Translations under genes and position numbers: made by a program | The notes under the pieces: model-generated | The model's input: the letters and a program-made list of their open reading frames with translations, nothing else | Databases searched by the model: none | What the model was told of the DNA's origin: nothing | Shown here: positions 37,480-52,032 of the stretch, one piece after another | Numbering within the stretch: position 1 is the stretch's first letter | How the letters are laid out: every line of letters starts with the position of its first letter | Origin: Eledone cirrhosa | Lineage: Eukaryota | Assembly: GCA_964016885.1 (NCBI GenBank) | Contig: OZ024746.1 | Span: 90,582,001-90,646,000 of the forward strand | Direction: 5' to 3' | Length of the DNA: 64,000 nucleotides

Positions 37480-37657
37480 TTGTCAGTGGAAGCCATGGTA
37501 GAAGTAGACAAAGAAAGCCTGGACAAAGCTGGTGAGACCTGACCTCAAATCACTGGGACGGGCAGAGATGACAAAGGTATGCAGCAGAGATACTGAGAAG
37601 GACTCAGTCAACCCATGTGAGAATGGAAAAACAGACATAAAAACGATGATGATGATA

Positions 37658-37688
<31 letters not shown>
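37480..37688 (+). mobile_element. degenerate RTE LINE 3' end
   Basis: GSHGRSRQRK.WT.LV.PDL remnant followed by a (GAT)n tail. Confidence 0.7.
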
Positions 37689-37690
<2 letters not shown>

Positions 37691-37850
37691 GTTAGCAAAG
37701 ACTACTACTGGCTTCAAACTATTGGTTTTCATCAGATGTCATGCAACTAAACATGTGCTTCAAATAAAGTAGAATAGAATTATTAATAAACAACTGTCTA
37801 AAACATCTGCTGATGTGAGTCTAGCAATTGGTGGCCATGGAGAATAAAAG

Positions 37851-39828
37851 ATCTGTTTAATATACATAGATATATGTAGAGCTTTATGATATCATAAGAT
37901 CTGTTTAATATACATAGATATATGTAGAGCTTTATGACATAACATCTGTTTAATATACATAGATATATGTAGAACTTTATGACATCATAACATCTGTTTA
38001 ATATACATAGATATATGTAGAGCTTTATGACATCATAACATCTGTTTAATATACATAGATATATGTAGAGCTTTATGACATCATAACATCTGTTTAATAT
38101 ACATAGATATATGTAGAGCTTTATGACATCATAACATCTGTTTAATATACATAGATATATGTAGAGATTTATGATATCATAACATCTGTTTAATATACAT
38201 GGATATATGTAGAGCTTTATGACATCATAACATCTGTTTAATATACATAGATATATGTAGAACTTTATGATATCATAACATCTGTTTAATATACATAGAT
38301 ATATGTAGAACTTTGATATCATAACATGTTTAATATACATAGATATATGTAGAGCTTTATGATATCATAACATCTGTTTAATATACATAGATATATGTAG
38401 AGCTTTATGATATCATAACATCTGTTTAATATACATAGATATATGTAGAGCTTTATGATATCATAACATCTGTTTAATATACATAGATATATGTAGAGCT
38501 TTATGATATCATAACATCTGTTTAATATACATAGATATATGTAGAGCTTTATGATATCATAACATCTCTGTTTAATATACATAGATATATGTAGAGCTTT
38601 ATGATATCATAACATCTGTTTAATATACATAGATATATGTAGAACTTTACGACATCATAACATCTGTTTAATATACATAGATATATGTAGAGCTTTATGA
38701 CATCATAAGATCTGTTTAATATACATAGATATATGTAGAGCTTTATGACATCATAAGATCTGTTTAATATACATAGATATATGTAGAGCTTTATGATATC
38801 ATAAGATCTGTTTAATATACATAGATATATGTAGAGATTTATGATATCATAACATCTGTTTAATATACATGGATATATGTAGAGCTTTATGACATCATAA
38901 CATCTGTTTAATATACATAGATATATGTAGAACTTTATGATATCATAACATCTGTTTAATATACATAGATATATGTAGAACTTTGATATCATAACATGTT
39001 TAATATACATAGATATATGTAGAGCTTTATGATATCATAACATCTGTTTAATATACATAGATATATGTAGAGCTTTATGATATCATAACATCTGTTTAAT
39101 ATACATAGATATATGTAGAGCTTTATGATATCATAACATCTGTTTAATATACATAGATATATGTAGAGCTTTATGATATCATAACATCTGTTTAATATAC
39201 ATAGATATATGTAGAGCTTTATGATATCATAACATCTCTGTTTAATATACATAGATATATGTAGAGCTTTATGATATCATAACATCTGTTTAATATACAT
39301 AGATATATGTAGAACTTTACGACATCATAACATCTGTTTAATATACATAGATATATGTAGAGCTTTATGACATCATAAGATCTGTTTAATATACATAGAT
39401 ATATGTAGAGCTTTATGACATCATAAGATCTGTTTAATATACATAGATATATGTAGAGCTTTATGATATCATAAGATCTGTTTAATATACATAGATATAT
39501 GTAGAGCTTTATGACATCATAAGATCTGTTTAATATACATAGATATATGTAGAACTTTATGATATCATAAGATCTGTTTAATATACATAGATATATGTAG
39601 AGCTTTATGATATCATAACATCTGTTTAATATACATAGATATATGTAGAGCTTTATGATATCATAACATCTGTTTAATATACATAGATATATGTAGAGCT
39701 TTATGATATCATAACATCTGTTTAATATACATAGATATATGTAGAGCTTTATGATATCATAACATCTGTTTAATATACATAGATATATGTAGAGCTTTAT
39801 GATATCATAACATCTGTTTAATATACAT
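37851..39828. repeat. 48-bp satellite (~41 units) with a 670-bp higher-order duplication
   Basis: Unit ATCTGTTTAATATACATAGATATATGTAGAGCTTTATGATATCATAAC; diagnostic variants recur 670 bp apart (e.g. GTAGAGATTT at 38161 and 38831). Confidence 0.97.
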
Positions 39829-40031
39829 GTAGAGGTTTATGACATCATAAGCTCTTTGACTGATATACAGAGCTATATGTAGAGCTTTATGACATGACAT
39901 ACAAGATATAGGACAGGTGGATGACAACAGAAGAGATGCTCATAATTCAATCAACTCACAATTTTATTTTATTTTTTCTTTATGATCTCTAAAATATTCT
40001 TAGTTATAGTTGATAATTTCTACAGTAAATT

Positions 40032-40056
40032 TGTGTGTGTATGTATGTGTGTGTGT

Positions 40057-40095
<39 letters not shown>

Positions 40096-40741
40096 TATAT
40101 GGTGGTAGTGGTGGTGGTGGTGTTGATGATGGTAGTAGTGGTGATGGTGGCGGTAGTGGTGGTGGTGGTGGTAGTAGTGGTGGTGGTGGTGATGATGGTG
40201 GCGATGATGATAATGGTGATGATGATAATGGTGGTGCTGGTGATGATGGTGACGGTAATGGTGGTGGTGGTGGTGGTGATAATGGTGGTGGTGATGATAA
40301 TGGTGGTGGTGATGATGATAATGGTGGAGGTGCTGGTGATGGTGATGATAATGGTGGTGATGATGATGATGATGGTGGTGGTGATGATGGCGGTGCTGGT
40401 GGTGATGATGGTGGCAGCTAAAAGATGAGCAGATAGTGAATTCCAGAGGGTTTGATAGTCTAAGATGGGAAGGTTTGGGAAAAGTGTAGAGTGAAGGGGA
40501 GGAAGAGGAGAAGGGAGAGGGGGAGAAAGAGGAGAAGGGAGAGGGGTAGAAATGGGGGGAGAAAGTGGAAGAGGAGGTGGCTGGGTGTGATGATGTATAC
40601 TAGTGTAAAGGTTTGTAACTGTGTACATATAAACATATTGTGAGTGTGTGTGTGAGTGTGTGTGTGAGTGTGTGTGTGTGTGTGAAGGCAATAGCAAGAG
40701 CATGTGATGATGATGATGTATGTGTGTGTGAGAGTGTGCGT

Positions 40742-40785
<44 letters not shown>

Positions 40786-40812
40786 GTGAGTATGTGTGAG
40801 TGTGTGTGTGTT
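40032..40812. repeat. (TG)n, (GGT/GAT)n and purine-rich low-complexity tracts
   Basis: Seen directly. Confidence 0.93.
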
Positions 40813-40896
40813 TGTAATTATCGACTAATGAGAAACAATATTCTGTGTAATTAATTTTACTTCTCCGATAGAACAATATACTATTAGACATATTAG

Positions 40897-41162
40897 TAGT
40901 ATAACACAGTACTATATAGATAACACCATACTATAACACAGTACTATATAGATAACAACATACTATGACACACAGTACTATAGATAACAACATACTATGA
41001 CACACAGTACTATAGATAACAACATACTATGACACACAGTACTATAGATAACAACATACTATGACACACAGTACTATAGATAACATTCTATGACACACAA
41101 TACTATAGATAACAACATACTATGACACACAGTACTATAGATAACAACATACTATGACACAC
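40897..41162. repeat. 32-bp minisatellite, ~8 copies
   Basis: Unit CACAGTACTATAGATAACAACATACTATGACA. Confidence 0.95.
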
Positions 41163-41424
41163 ATGTTAGTACTATAGAACAAATGTACTTGAAGGTTGAA
41201 AAATATAAAAAGTAAATATAAAATTATAATAAAAGTATCACATTATTGGTTCTAAAATATATAAATGGAATTCATCTTCTCAAATAGCTTATTTTTTCTT
41301 TCAGGCTTCTTATTTTGAATATATGTGTATGTGTGTGTATGTGTACGTGTATGTGTGTGTATACGTGTGCGAATGTGTGTTTATATAAGTGTGTGTGTGT
41401 GTGTGTGTGCATGTATGTATGGCC

Positions 41425-42110
41425 ATAATTTTCTGTCTACTCTTCCATGTTTGCACAGACTTAATGTTATTTCTCTAGCATGGCACCTCATTGCAGTCCT
41501 TCACCATCTCCTTCATAAACTTTAACTTTCATCACTTTTAAATCTCCCATTTATTTGGAGTATTTAGCTTTTTTTTTCTTTACCCAACTGTCATCCTCCA
41601 TACACATCACATGTCTGTACCAGCATAATCTACTCTCTTGCAAGCAAGCTATATCTGATTCCTCTTTTACCCAGTTTTACTCTTAGCTCTGTCGTTCATA
41701 CTAACATCACACACCCAGCAGAATATTGTGGCTTCATTTTCCCCCAGCATTTTTCTCCAGTTTCCATGTTCAGTTCCTATATTTTGCTACCAGCATCATC
41801 ATACTATGTACACACAAGTATTATACAATCTGTCCTTCACTCAGAGAGAGAATTCTCTTATCGTTAATGGATGTAATAGCTTCCTGCACATTTCCCCCTC
41901 TGTCTTTACTCTGGCTCCAAAGCTTTTACAACACCCTCCCACTGCTGAGTGAACATAAGCACTTCTCTGATGACAATACAGTCATGTCTTCTTTCCTGTT
42001 AATTAAAAAAATGTTGTCTGTGTTATGTTTACTTTCATGTCTCTTGATTCTAAGCTTGGTTTCCAAGTTTAGAATTATTTCAATTCTTTGACAGATTCAT
42101 GTAAAGATCT
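41425..42110 (-). mobile_element. degenerate RTE ORF2 C-terminal fragment
   Basis: Minus-strand remnants such as RLCWYRHVMCMEDDSWVK, with several stops and frameshifts; resembles 50700-51050. Confidence 0.7.
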
Positions 42111-42159
42111 ATGTTATTAGCACACAAAAGTTCACCCAGTCAGTCTTTAATTTTTCTGT

Positions 42160-42446
42160 TATAACCAGGATAAAGACGCCCTTCGGTCAAGCCTGACCAT
42201 GGGATTTGCACATAGAAAGTTCCCCTTTGAGGCACAAGTCTGGGCAATGTTGTGGAAGACCACGCCACCGATGATATCCAAGGCAAAGGCAATGGTCAAT
42301 ACAGCTTGGTACCAGTGATGCCACAACAAATTTCTACAGCTGAGTAAACTGGAGGAACAAGGACACAACGCAAAGCCCGGTCCAAGAATCAAACTCACAA
42401 CGTCATGATTGCAAGCCCAATGCTCAATCCACTAAGACATGCACCT
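42160..42446 (-). mobile_element. tRNA-derived SINE, family A2
   Basis: Family A head with a different body; homologous to 53240-53565. Confidence 0.8.
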
Positions 42447-42727
42447 ACACTGTTATAACCAGCAGATCTATAATAAACAAAAGCTGGGTGGTGAGAATTT
42501 AGCCCCGGTGGACACTTACCTACACACTAAATTCCTCACTGAACTCATTATTGAATGTATGTCTGACTTGTACAGCTCTCACATCTACTTAGTTTTTTAT
42601 AGCATCCACCAGTCAAGAAATAATTGGTGTTCTTTACACAAGGAAAACTTAGTATTAACAGTTAGTTATCTCATTTCTCAGCAAATATGAAATGATATCT
42701 AATGGTTGGTCAGTTTTATGAATCAGA

Positions 42728-42975
42728 TTAACCCTTTAGCATTTACATTACTGTGGAAGATGGATGTTAAATGATGATTACTATTATATTTTCACAGTAA
42801 AGACTTTACCTCACATGATTATCTCATATAATATTGAATCTATGAGATTTTGATATTATTTATTTTGAGAACAATACCTTAACATGAATGTGAGTGGCCG
42901 GTTACAGCTGGTTTGAACAGAAAGAGGTGAGAGAATTCTGGCTGGATACGACCAGTTTAAATACTAAACGGTTAA
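42728..42975 (+). mobile_element. piggyBac-type MITE family C
   Basis: TTAA|CCCTTTAGCATTTACATTAC...TAAACGG|TTAA, with a small insertion of SINE/RTE tail sequence near 42755-42778. Confidence 0.88.
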
Positions 42976-43029
42976 GAAAACCACAGAACTCTAAGAACCT
43001 TGCATTCATGTAGCCACAGGCCTTAATGT

Positions 43030-43978
43030 ACACCTTATGTTGAACAACATCCCATGTGGTCCACCTTATAATGAACCACATCCTATGTGACCCACCTTAT
43101 AATGAACCACATCCTATGTGGTCCACCTTATGTTGAACAACATCCCATGTGGTCCACCTTATGATGAGCCACATCCTATGTGGCCCACCTTATGATGAGC
43201 CACATCCTATGTGGCCGACCTTATGTTGAACAACATCCCATGTGGTCCACCTTATGATGAGCCACATCTTATGTGGTCCACCTTATGATGAGCCACATCC
43301 TATGTGGTCCACCTTATGTTGAACAACATCCCATGTGGTCCACCTTATGATGAGCCACATCTTATGTGGCCCACCTTATGTTGAACCACATCCTATGTGG
43401 CCTGTCTTATGATGAGGCACATTCTATGTGGCCCACCTTATGATGAGGCACATTCTATGTGGCCCATCTTATGATGAGCCACATTGTATGTGGCCGACCT
43501 TATGTTGAATCACAACTTATGTGGCCTGTCTTATGATGAGGCACATTCTATGTGGCCCATCTTATGATGAGCCACATCCTATGTGGTCCACCTTATGTTG
43601 AACCACAACTTATGTGGCCTGTCTTATGATGAGGCACATTCTATGTGGCCCATCTTATGATGAGCCACATCCTATGTGGTCCACCTTATGTTGAACCACA
43701 ACTTATGTGGCCTGTCTTATGATGAGGCACATTCTATGTGGCCCATCTTATGATGAGCCACATCCTATGTGGTCCACCTTATGTTGAACCACAACTTATG
43801 TGGCCTGTCTTATGATGAGGCACATTCTATGTGGCCCATCTTATGATGAGCCACATCCTATGTGGTCCACCTTATGTTGAACCACAACTTATGTGGCCCA
43901 TCTTATGATGAGCCACATTCTATGTGGCCCATCTTATGATGAGCCACATCGTATGTGGCCTGTCTTATGATGAGCCCA
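43030..43978. repeat. 31-bp hairpin-forming minisatellite (~30 units) with a 93-bp trimeric higher-order repeat
   Basis: Unit CCACCTTATGATGAGCCACATCCTATGTGGT/C; CTTATGATGAGGCACATTC recurs at ~43530, 43623, 43716 and 43809. Confidence 0.97.
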
Positions 43979-44544
43979 CTGCTCCAAAAATATTGCCCGT
44001 GCCTTACCTACACAGATGTGGTCATCTTGGTGTTAACCAATAGGCTCATAAATGTCCCTAACCAATATAATGAGGTCACTGTCATCCACTATTCAGACAG
44101 CCTGCTAGAAAGTACCTTTCTGCTCACCAGACAATCTTGATTATATATGCAGAGATATCTATGGCTGTTGTGTTGCCTATGGAAAGTATAGGCTTAATTA
44201 TTCTGACTATTCCAATTACTTAGCCTATCTATTTCTCTGCCAATGGTATTCTTACAGTCCAGTATAATTACACATCCAGTTGAATTAGTACTTGTCTTAC
44301 TTGCCATGAGGAATCTAGAGAAGTCTTCCTTTCATCTTCCCTCTACTACACAGTTCCACTTCAGGTTCTTTACAATTTTGCTAGATCTACCTTTTATTGT
44401 CAATGTATATGAATGTGTATATATGAAGGCATATGCGTTTGTGTGAGTGTCTGTACATATATAAATATATATGTATTCTATGTCATATATATGTATCATA
44501 TATATATATATTGATAGATACACATATAAACATACATGCATATA

Positions 44545-44785
44545 TGTGTGTGTGTGTGTGTGTGTCTGCGTGTGTGTCTGCATGTGTGTCTATGTCTGTG
44601 TGTGTGTCTGTGTGTCTGTGTGTCTGTGTGTCTGTGTCTGTGTGTCTGTGTGTCTGTGTGTCTGTGTCTGTGTCTGTGTCTGTGTGTATGTGTGTGTGTC
44701 TGTGTGTGTCTGTGTGTCTGTGTGTGTCTGTGTGTGTCTGTGTGTGTCTGTGTGTGTCTGTGTGTGTCTGTGTGTGTCTGTGTGT

Positions 44786-44817
<32 letters not shown>

Positions 44818-44957
44818 CTGTGTGTGTGTCTGTGTGTGTGTCTGTGTGTGTGTCTGTGTGTGTGTCTGTGTGTGTGTCTGTGTGTGTGTCTGTGTGTGTG
44901 TGTGTGTCTGTGTGTGTGTCTGTGTGTGTGTCTGTGTGTGTGTCTGTGTGTGTGTGT
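44545..44957. repeat. (TG)n/(TGTC) compound microsatellite
   Basis: Seen directly. Confidence 0.97.
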
Positions 44958-45643
44958 AATATTCAGTTTTTGAAATCTACAAATAATTAAATTTGAAGGG
45001 CCTAAGGACAGGAAAAAAAATATTCCTTAACAATCTTACCCTTTTTTGTAAAGTACATGTTCATGAAACATTTAGTGTACTTAAATAATTCCTTGAGTTG
45101 CTTCAAAGGATAGATGTAGAACTTGCTCCCAACTTATTCCCTGAGGTGATATGGAATAAAATAACCTAAAAAAATACAAGTGAATTCATTATGGAAAAAT
45201 AATTAAGCAATGTAAGTAGACATAACTAAAAATACTTCATGCTTTAATTACTATCTTCCCATTATGTAGTAGAGAGTGGGTGTGGGAGGAATAATGAAAA
45301 AATAACGCTTTAATATGAACTGATTTTTTATTTCTTCACGTGTGAGTGTCGTGGGGGAGTTGTTTTAATTTATTTTATTTTATTTTTTATTCAAAGTGTT
45401 TTGTGTTGTTTTATTTTAATTAAAAATTTGAGAGATTCTGTTTTCTTGCTGAGATTTTAAATATATATTTGTAAAGGTGTGATGGTTATATTAGACTTGG
45501 TTTCATGTAACAGATTTTATGGTTAATTAGCACTTGAGGTTTTAAAGGAAATAAATGAAAGGAAGTAGGATACATATGTGTGTGTGTGTGTGTGTGCAAA
45601 GGTGTGTATATATATATAGAGAGAGAGAGAGAGAGACAGAGAT

Positions 45644-45682
<39 letters not shown>

Positions 45683-46401
45683 TTGATATTTTAAAAACTG
45701 TACGAAAGTTAAGTTACTGAACTAATTGAATCTGATCTATACATGGGGGGTGGGGAGTGAAGTGTAAGGTGAGAGATATAGTAAGTAGGAGGGAGATGAG
45801 GAAGAGAGAGAGAGTGAGGAAGAGTGAGAAAGAGAGAGCAAGAGAGACAAAGAGAGAGAAGAGAGATAGTGAGAGAGAGAGAGAGTAAGAGTGAGAAAGA
45901 GAAAGAAAGAGAAAGAAAGAGTGAGAAAGAGAAAGAGAGAGTGAGAAGAAAGTGTAAATGTTAGAACAAAGATGCTATTTAACTCTTTTGTTAACATATT
46001 TCTAATGAAAGACACTGCCTGTGATTTTCAAATAATTTTGAAAATAGACAAGAATTTGGAGTGATTTAGTAATACTTTCTCGTTGCTAAGGCGGTGTATT
46101 TCTGGAATGTTATCATAGCAACACAATATCAGTTTTAAAATGAAAAAAGAAATATGAAAAAATGAAGAAAGAACAGTGACATAGTTGAAGGGATGGCTGT
46201 GTGGTTTGTTTCATAATCATGGTAACTGCGGTGTCTTCTACTATAGCTTCAGATTGATCTATGTCATATTAGTGGAATTTTGTAGATGGAAGCTGTGCAG
46301 AAGCCCTTTGCACACACACACACACACATATATATTAAATTGGATTGTCTCGGAAACATAACCTTATTACATAAGATGGTGCTTTAAGATTGACCGTCTT
46401 T

Positions 46402-47306
46402 ATGATTGAACCATCATGTAGCCATGATTGAGCCATCATGTAGCCATGATTGAACCATCATGTAGCCATGATTGAACCATCATGTAGCCATGATTGAACC
46501 ATCATGTAGCCATGATTGAACCATCATGTAGCCATGATTGAACCATCATGTAGCCATGATTGAACCATCATGTAGCCATCATTGAACCATCATGTAACCA
46601 TGATTGAACCAGCATGTAGCCATGATTGAACCATCATGTAGCCATGATTGAACCAGCATGTAGCCATGATTGAACCAGCATGTAGCGATGATTGAACCAT
46701 CATGTAGCCATGATTGAACCATCATGTAGCCATGATTGAACCATCATGTAGCCATGATTGAGCCATCATGTAGCCATGATTGAACCAGCATGTAGCCATG
46801 ATTGAACCATCATGTAGCCATGATTGAACCATCATGTAGCCATGATTGAGCCATCATGTAGCCATGATTGAACCATCATGTAGCCATGATTGAGCCATCA
46901 TGTAGCCATGATTGAGCCATCATGTAGCCATGATTGAGCCATCATGATGCCATGATTGAGCCATCATGTAGCCATGATTGAACTAGCATGTAGCCATGAT
47001 TGAACCATCATGTAGCCATGATTGAACCAGCATGTAGCCATGATTGAACCAGCATGTAGCCATGATTGAACCATCATGTAGCCATGATTGAACCATCATG
47101 TAGCCATGATTGAACCATCATGTAGCCATGATTGAACTATCATGTAGCCATGATTGAACCATCATGTAGCCATGATTGAACCATCATGTAGCCATGATTG
47201 AACCATCATGTAGCCATGATTGAACCATCATGTAGCCATGATTGAACCATCATGTAGCCATGATTGAACCATCATGTAGCCATGATTGACCATCATGTAG
47301 CTATGA
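46402..47306. repeat. 22-bp minisatellite, ~41 copies
   Basis: Unit ATGATTGAACCATCATGTAGCC. Confidence 0.98.
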
Positions 47307-47385
47307 TCACCATTGAAATACATATTACAGCTTTATAAATAAAGAATTTTTAAACATCTACACTGAACTTTACTTTTATCATTAT

Positions 47386-47468
<83 letters not shown>

Positions 47469-47499
47469 ATATATATATATGTATATATATGTATATATC

Positions 47500-47720
47500 G
47501 ACAGTCGATCGACTTTCGTCAAATCGGACCGAGGAAACAATGTTTCCGTTGGTCTTTCCAATTGCTAGTACTCTCTATTGGTCGCAACTCCAGGTAGAAG
47601 GAGCAACGTGAAATAAAGTGTCTTGCTCAAGGACATAACACATCGCCCGGTCCGGGAATCGAACTCACAACCTCACGATTAGGAATCCAATTCTCTAACC
47701 ACTCAGCCACACGCCTTCAC
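47500..47720 (-). mobile_element. tRNA-derived SINE related to family A, with a distinct 3' body
   Basis: Minus strand GAAGGCGTGTGGCTGAGTGGTTAGAG...GAGTTCGATTCCCGG...CCTTGAGCAAGACACTTTATTTCACG. Confidence 0.85.
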
Positions 47721-47721
47721 A

Positions 47722-47833
47722 TATGTATATATATATATATGTATATATATATATGTATATATATATGTATATATATATATGTATATATATATGTATATAT
47801 ATATGTATATATATATATGTATATATATATATG

Positions 47834-47880
<47 letters not shown>

Positions 47881-47907
47881 GTATATATATATATGTATAT
47901 ATATATG

Positions 47908-47978
<71 letters not shown>

Positions 47979-47979
47979 G

Positions 47980-48010
<31 letters not shown>

Positions 48011-48081
48011 GTATATATATATATGTATATATATATGCATATATATATGTATATGTATATATGTATATATATATGTATATA

Positions 48082-48172
<91 letters not shown>

Positions 48173-48333
48173 GTATATATATATGTATATATATATATGT
48201 GTATATATATATGTATATATATGTATATATATGTATATATATATATGTATGTATATATATGTATATATATGTATATATATGTATATATATATATATGTAT
48301 ATATATGTATATGTATATATATGTATATATATG

Positions 48334-48396
<63 letters not shown>

Positions 48397-48443
48397 GTAT
48401 ATATATATATGTATATATGTATATATGTATATGTATATATATG

Positions 48444-48494
<51 letters not shown>

Positions 48495-48687
48495 GTGTAT
48501 ATATATATATATGTGTATATATATATATGTATATATATGTATATATATGTATATATATATATGTGTATATATATATGTATATATATGTATATATATGTAT
48601 ATATATATATGTATGTATATATATGTATATATATGTATATATATGTATATATATATATATGTATATGTATATATATGTATATATATG

Positions 48688-48718
<31 letters not shown>

Positions 48719-48731
48719 GTGTATATATATA

Positions 48732-48772
<41 letters not shown>

Positions 48773-48799
48773 GTATATATATATATATGTGTATATATA

Positions 48800-48834
<35 letters not shown>

Positions 48835-48856
48835 GTGTATATATATATATATGTAT

Positions 48857-48948
<92 letters not shown>

Positions 48949-49003
48949 GTGTATATATATATGTATATATATATATGTGTATATATATATATATATATAT
49001 GTA

Positions 49004-49052
<49 letters not shown>

Positions 49053-49053
49053 G

Positions 49054-49085
<32 letters not shown>

Positions 49086-49145
49086 TATATGTATATGTAT
49101 ATATGTATATGTATATATATGTATATATATATATATGTATATATG

Positions 49146-49210
<65 letters not shown>

Positions 49211-49324
49211 GTATATATATATATATATATATGTATATATGTGTATATATATATATCATCATATATATATATGTATATATGTGTATATATATATATCATC
49301 ATATATATATATATATATATGTAT

Positions 49325-49388
<64 letters not shown>

Positions 49389-49464
49389 GTATATATGTGT
49401 ATATATATATGTATATATGTGTATATATATATATATCATCATATATATATATATATATATGTAT

Positions 49465-49508
<44 letters not shown>

Positions 49509-49509
49509 G

Positions 49510-49542
<33 letters not shown>

Positions 49543-49748
49543 GTATATATATATGTATATATATATATGTATATATATATGTATATATATATATGTATAT
49601 ATATATGTATATATATATATGTATATATATATGTATATATATATATGTATATATATATGTATATATATATATGTATATATATATGTATATATATATATGT
49701 ATATATATATGTATATATATATATGTATATATGTATATATATATATAT

Positions 49749-49796
<48 letters not shown>

Positions 49797-50266
49797 ATAT
49801 ATATATATATATATATGTGTATATATATATGTATATATATGTATATATATATGTATATATATATATGTATATATATGTGTATATATATATGTATATATAT
49901 GTATATATATATGTGTATATATATATGTATATATATGTATATATATATGTATATATATGTATATATATATGTATATATATGTATATATATATGTGTATAT
50001 ATATATGTATATATATGTATATATATATGTATATATATATGTATATATATATGTATATATATATGTATATATATATATATATGTATACATATATATGTAT
50101 ACATATATATATATATATATATGTATACATATATATATATATATATGTATACATACATATATATATATATATATATGTATACATATATATATATATATGT
50201 ATACATATATATGTATATATATGTATATATATACGTATATATATATGTATATATATATATATATAT
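47722..50266. repeat. ~2.5-kb (TA)n/(TATG) microsatellite tract
   Basis: Seen directly; a similar tract resumes at 51433-52038. Confidence 0.98.
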
Positions 50267-51432
50267 GGGAAATGGTCGTGCTCGGTATGTAGGAAAGGCG
50301 TAGGTAGAAACTCCATCTTATGTCCTAAATGCAAAGTATGGGTGCATAAAAGATGTAGTGGGATCACAGGTAAGCTAACTAAGAACATAGACTTTACATG
50401 TGGCCGGTGTTCTGGTGCAATAAGTAGCAGCAAGTGCCCACAAAATACTAGCTCTTTCAATTGCGCAGAGGGTTTTATAGAAATAGTGGACAGCTTCCGT
50501 TACCTGGGCGATAAAATCAGCAGTGGGGGAGGGTGCTCTGAAAGTACTGTAGCTAGAGTCAGAACTGGTTGGAAAAAGTTCAGAGAGCTTATACCACTAT
50601 TAGCTGCTAAAGGGTTCTCCCTAAAAATGAAAGGCAGGTTGTACGATGCCTGCATACGAACAGCAATGTTGCATGGTAGTGAGACCTGGGCATTGTGTGC
50701 AGAGGATATACGCAGACTAGAGAGGAACGAAGCTTGCATGCTCCGCTGGATGTGTAACAGTAATATACGTGAACGGCAAAGCATAAACGAACTAAGGAAA
50801 AAATTAGAGATAAGAGGGATCAGATGTTGTTTACTCGAGAGAAGGCTGCGTTGGTATGGACACGTGATGCGCATGAAAGTCGATAGCTGTATTACAAAGT
50901 GCAGGGCAATAAAGATAGACGGTAGCCACGGAATAGGCAGACCTAGAAAAACATGGGATGAGCTGATAAACTCCGACCTCACACACTTACACCTCTCCAA
51001 GACAATGTCACTGGACCGTGACCTTTGGCGGTACTCAGTAACAGAGAAGACCCGCCTTGCCAGTAGGCATCTCTAACAAAATACACCCCTCCCGCCGCCA
51101 CCCCCACCCCATCCACACCACCCCGTTCTATGTAAAGTTATGTTGGTGCCGCGCCATCCAGGCCGAAACAAATGAGATCGTGTAGGTGTCACGACAAAAA
51201 AACACACAGTCCACGCTGTAATGTGGCCGTGTAGGCAACACGGTAAAAACCTCCCAGACCCACACTGTAAATGTGGTTGGTGTTAGGAAGGGCATCCAAC
51301 TGTAGAAAACCTGCCAGACAGTCCTATGCGAGCAAGACAATCACTCTTGCCTCAAGTGGGACTACCCCCGTCCAAACCCATGCAAGCGTGGAACACGGAC
51401 GTTAAACGTTGATGATGATGATGATGATGATG
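50267..51432 (+). mobile_element. young 5'-truncated RTE-clade LINE: uninterrupted 269-aa ORF2 C-terminus (50267-51076), 3'UTR and (GAT)n tail
   Basis: PHD-like C4HC3 finger, then [44 protein letters not shown] and GRPRKTW..DL, all typical RTE ORF2 C-terminal motifs; no internal stops. Confidence 0.93.
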
Positions 51433-51564
51433 ATATATATATATGTATACATATATATATATATATATGTATACATACATATATATATATATATATATAT
51501 GTATACATATATATATATATATGTATACATATGTATATATATGTATATATATATATATGTATAC

Positions 51565-51614
<50 letters not shown>

Positions 51615-51679
51615 GTATACATATATATATATATATGTATACATATGTATACATATATATATATATATGTATACATATG

Positions 51680-51879
<200 letters not shown>

Positions 51880-51961
51880 TATGTGTATATATATATATAT
51901 GTGTATATGTATATATATATATATGTGTATATATATGTATATATATATATATATATATGTG

Positions 51962-52032
<71 letters not shown>

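Noticed and set aside
37798-39252. ORFs with 16-aa repeats
   Set aside because: Translation of the 48-bp satellite, broken by indels.
39982-40703. Gly/Asp-rich or Val/Met-rich ORFs
   Set aside because: (GGT/GAT)n simple repeat with no splice or homology support.
43030-43978. 31-bp palindromic repeats as CRISPR or a C/D snoRNA cluster
   Set aside because: Units abut directly without spacers, there is no box D (CTGA), and the context is eukaryotic.
47723-51076. 1117-aa ORF as a real protein
   Set aside because: The first 848 codons are a stop-free TA microsatellite; only 50267-51076 is genuine (RTE ORF2 fragment).
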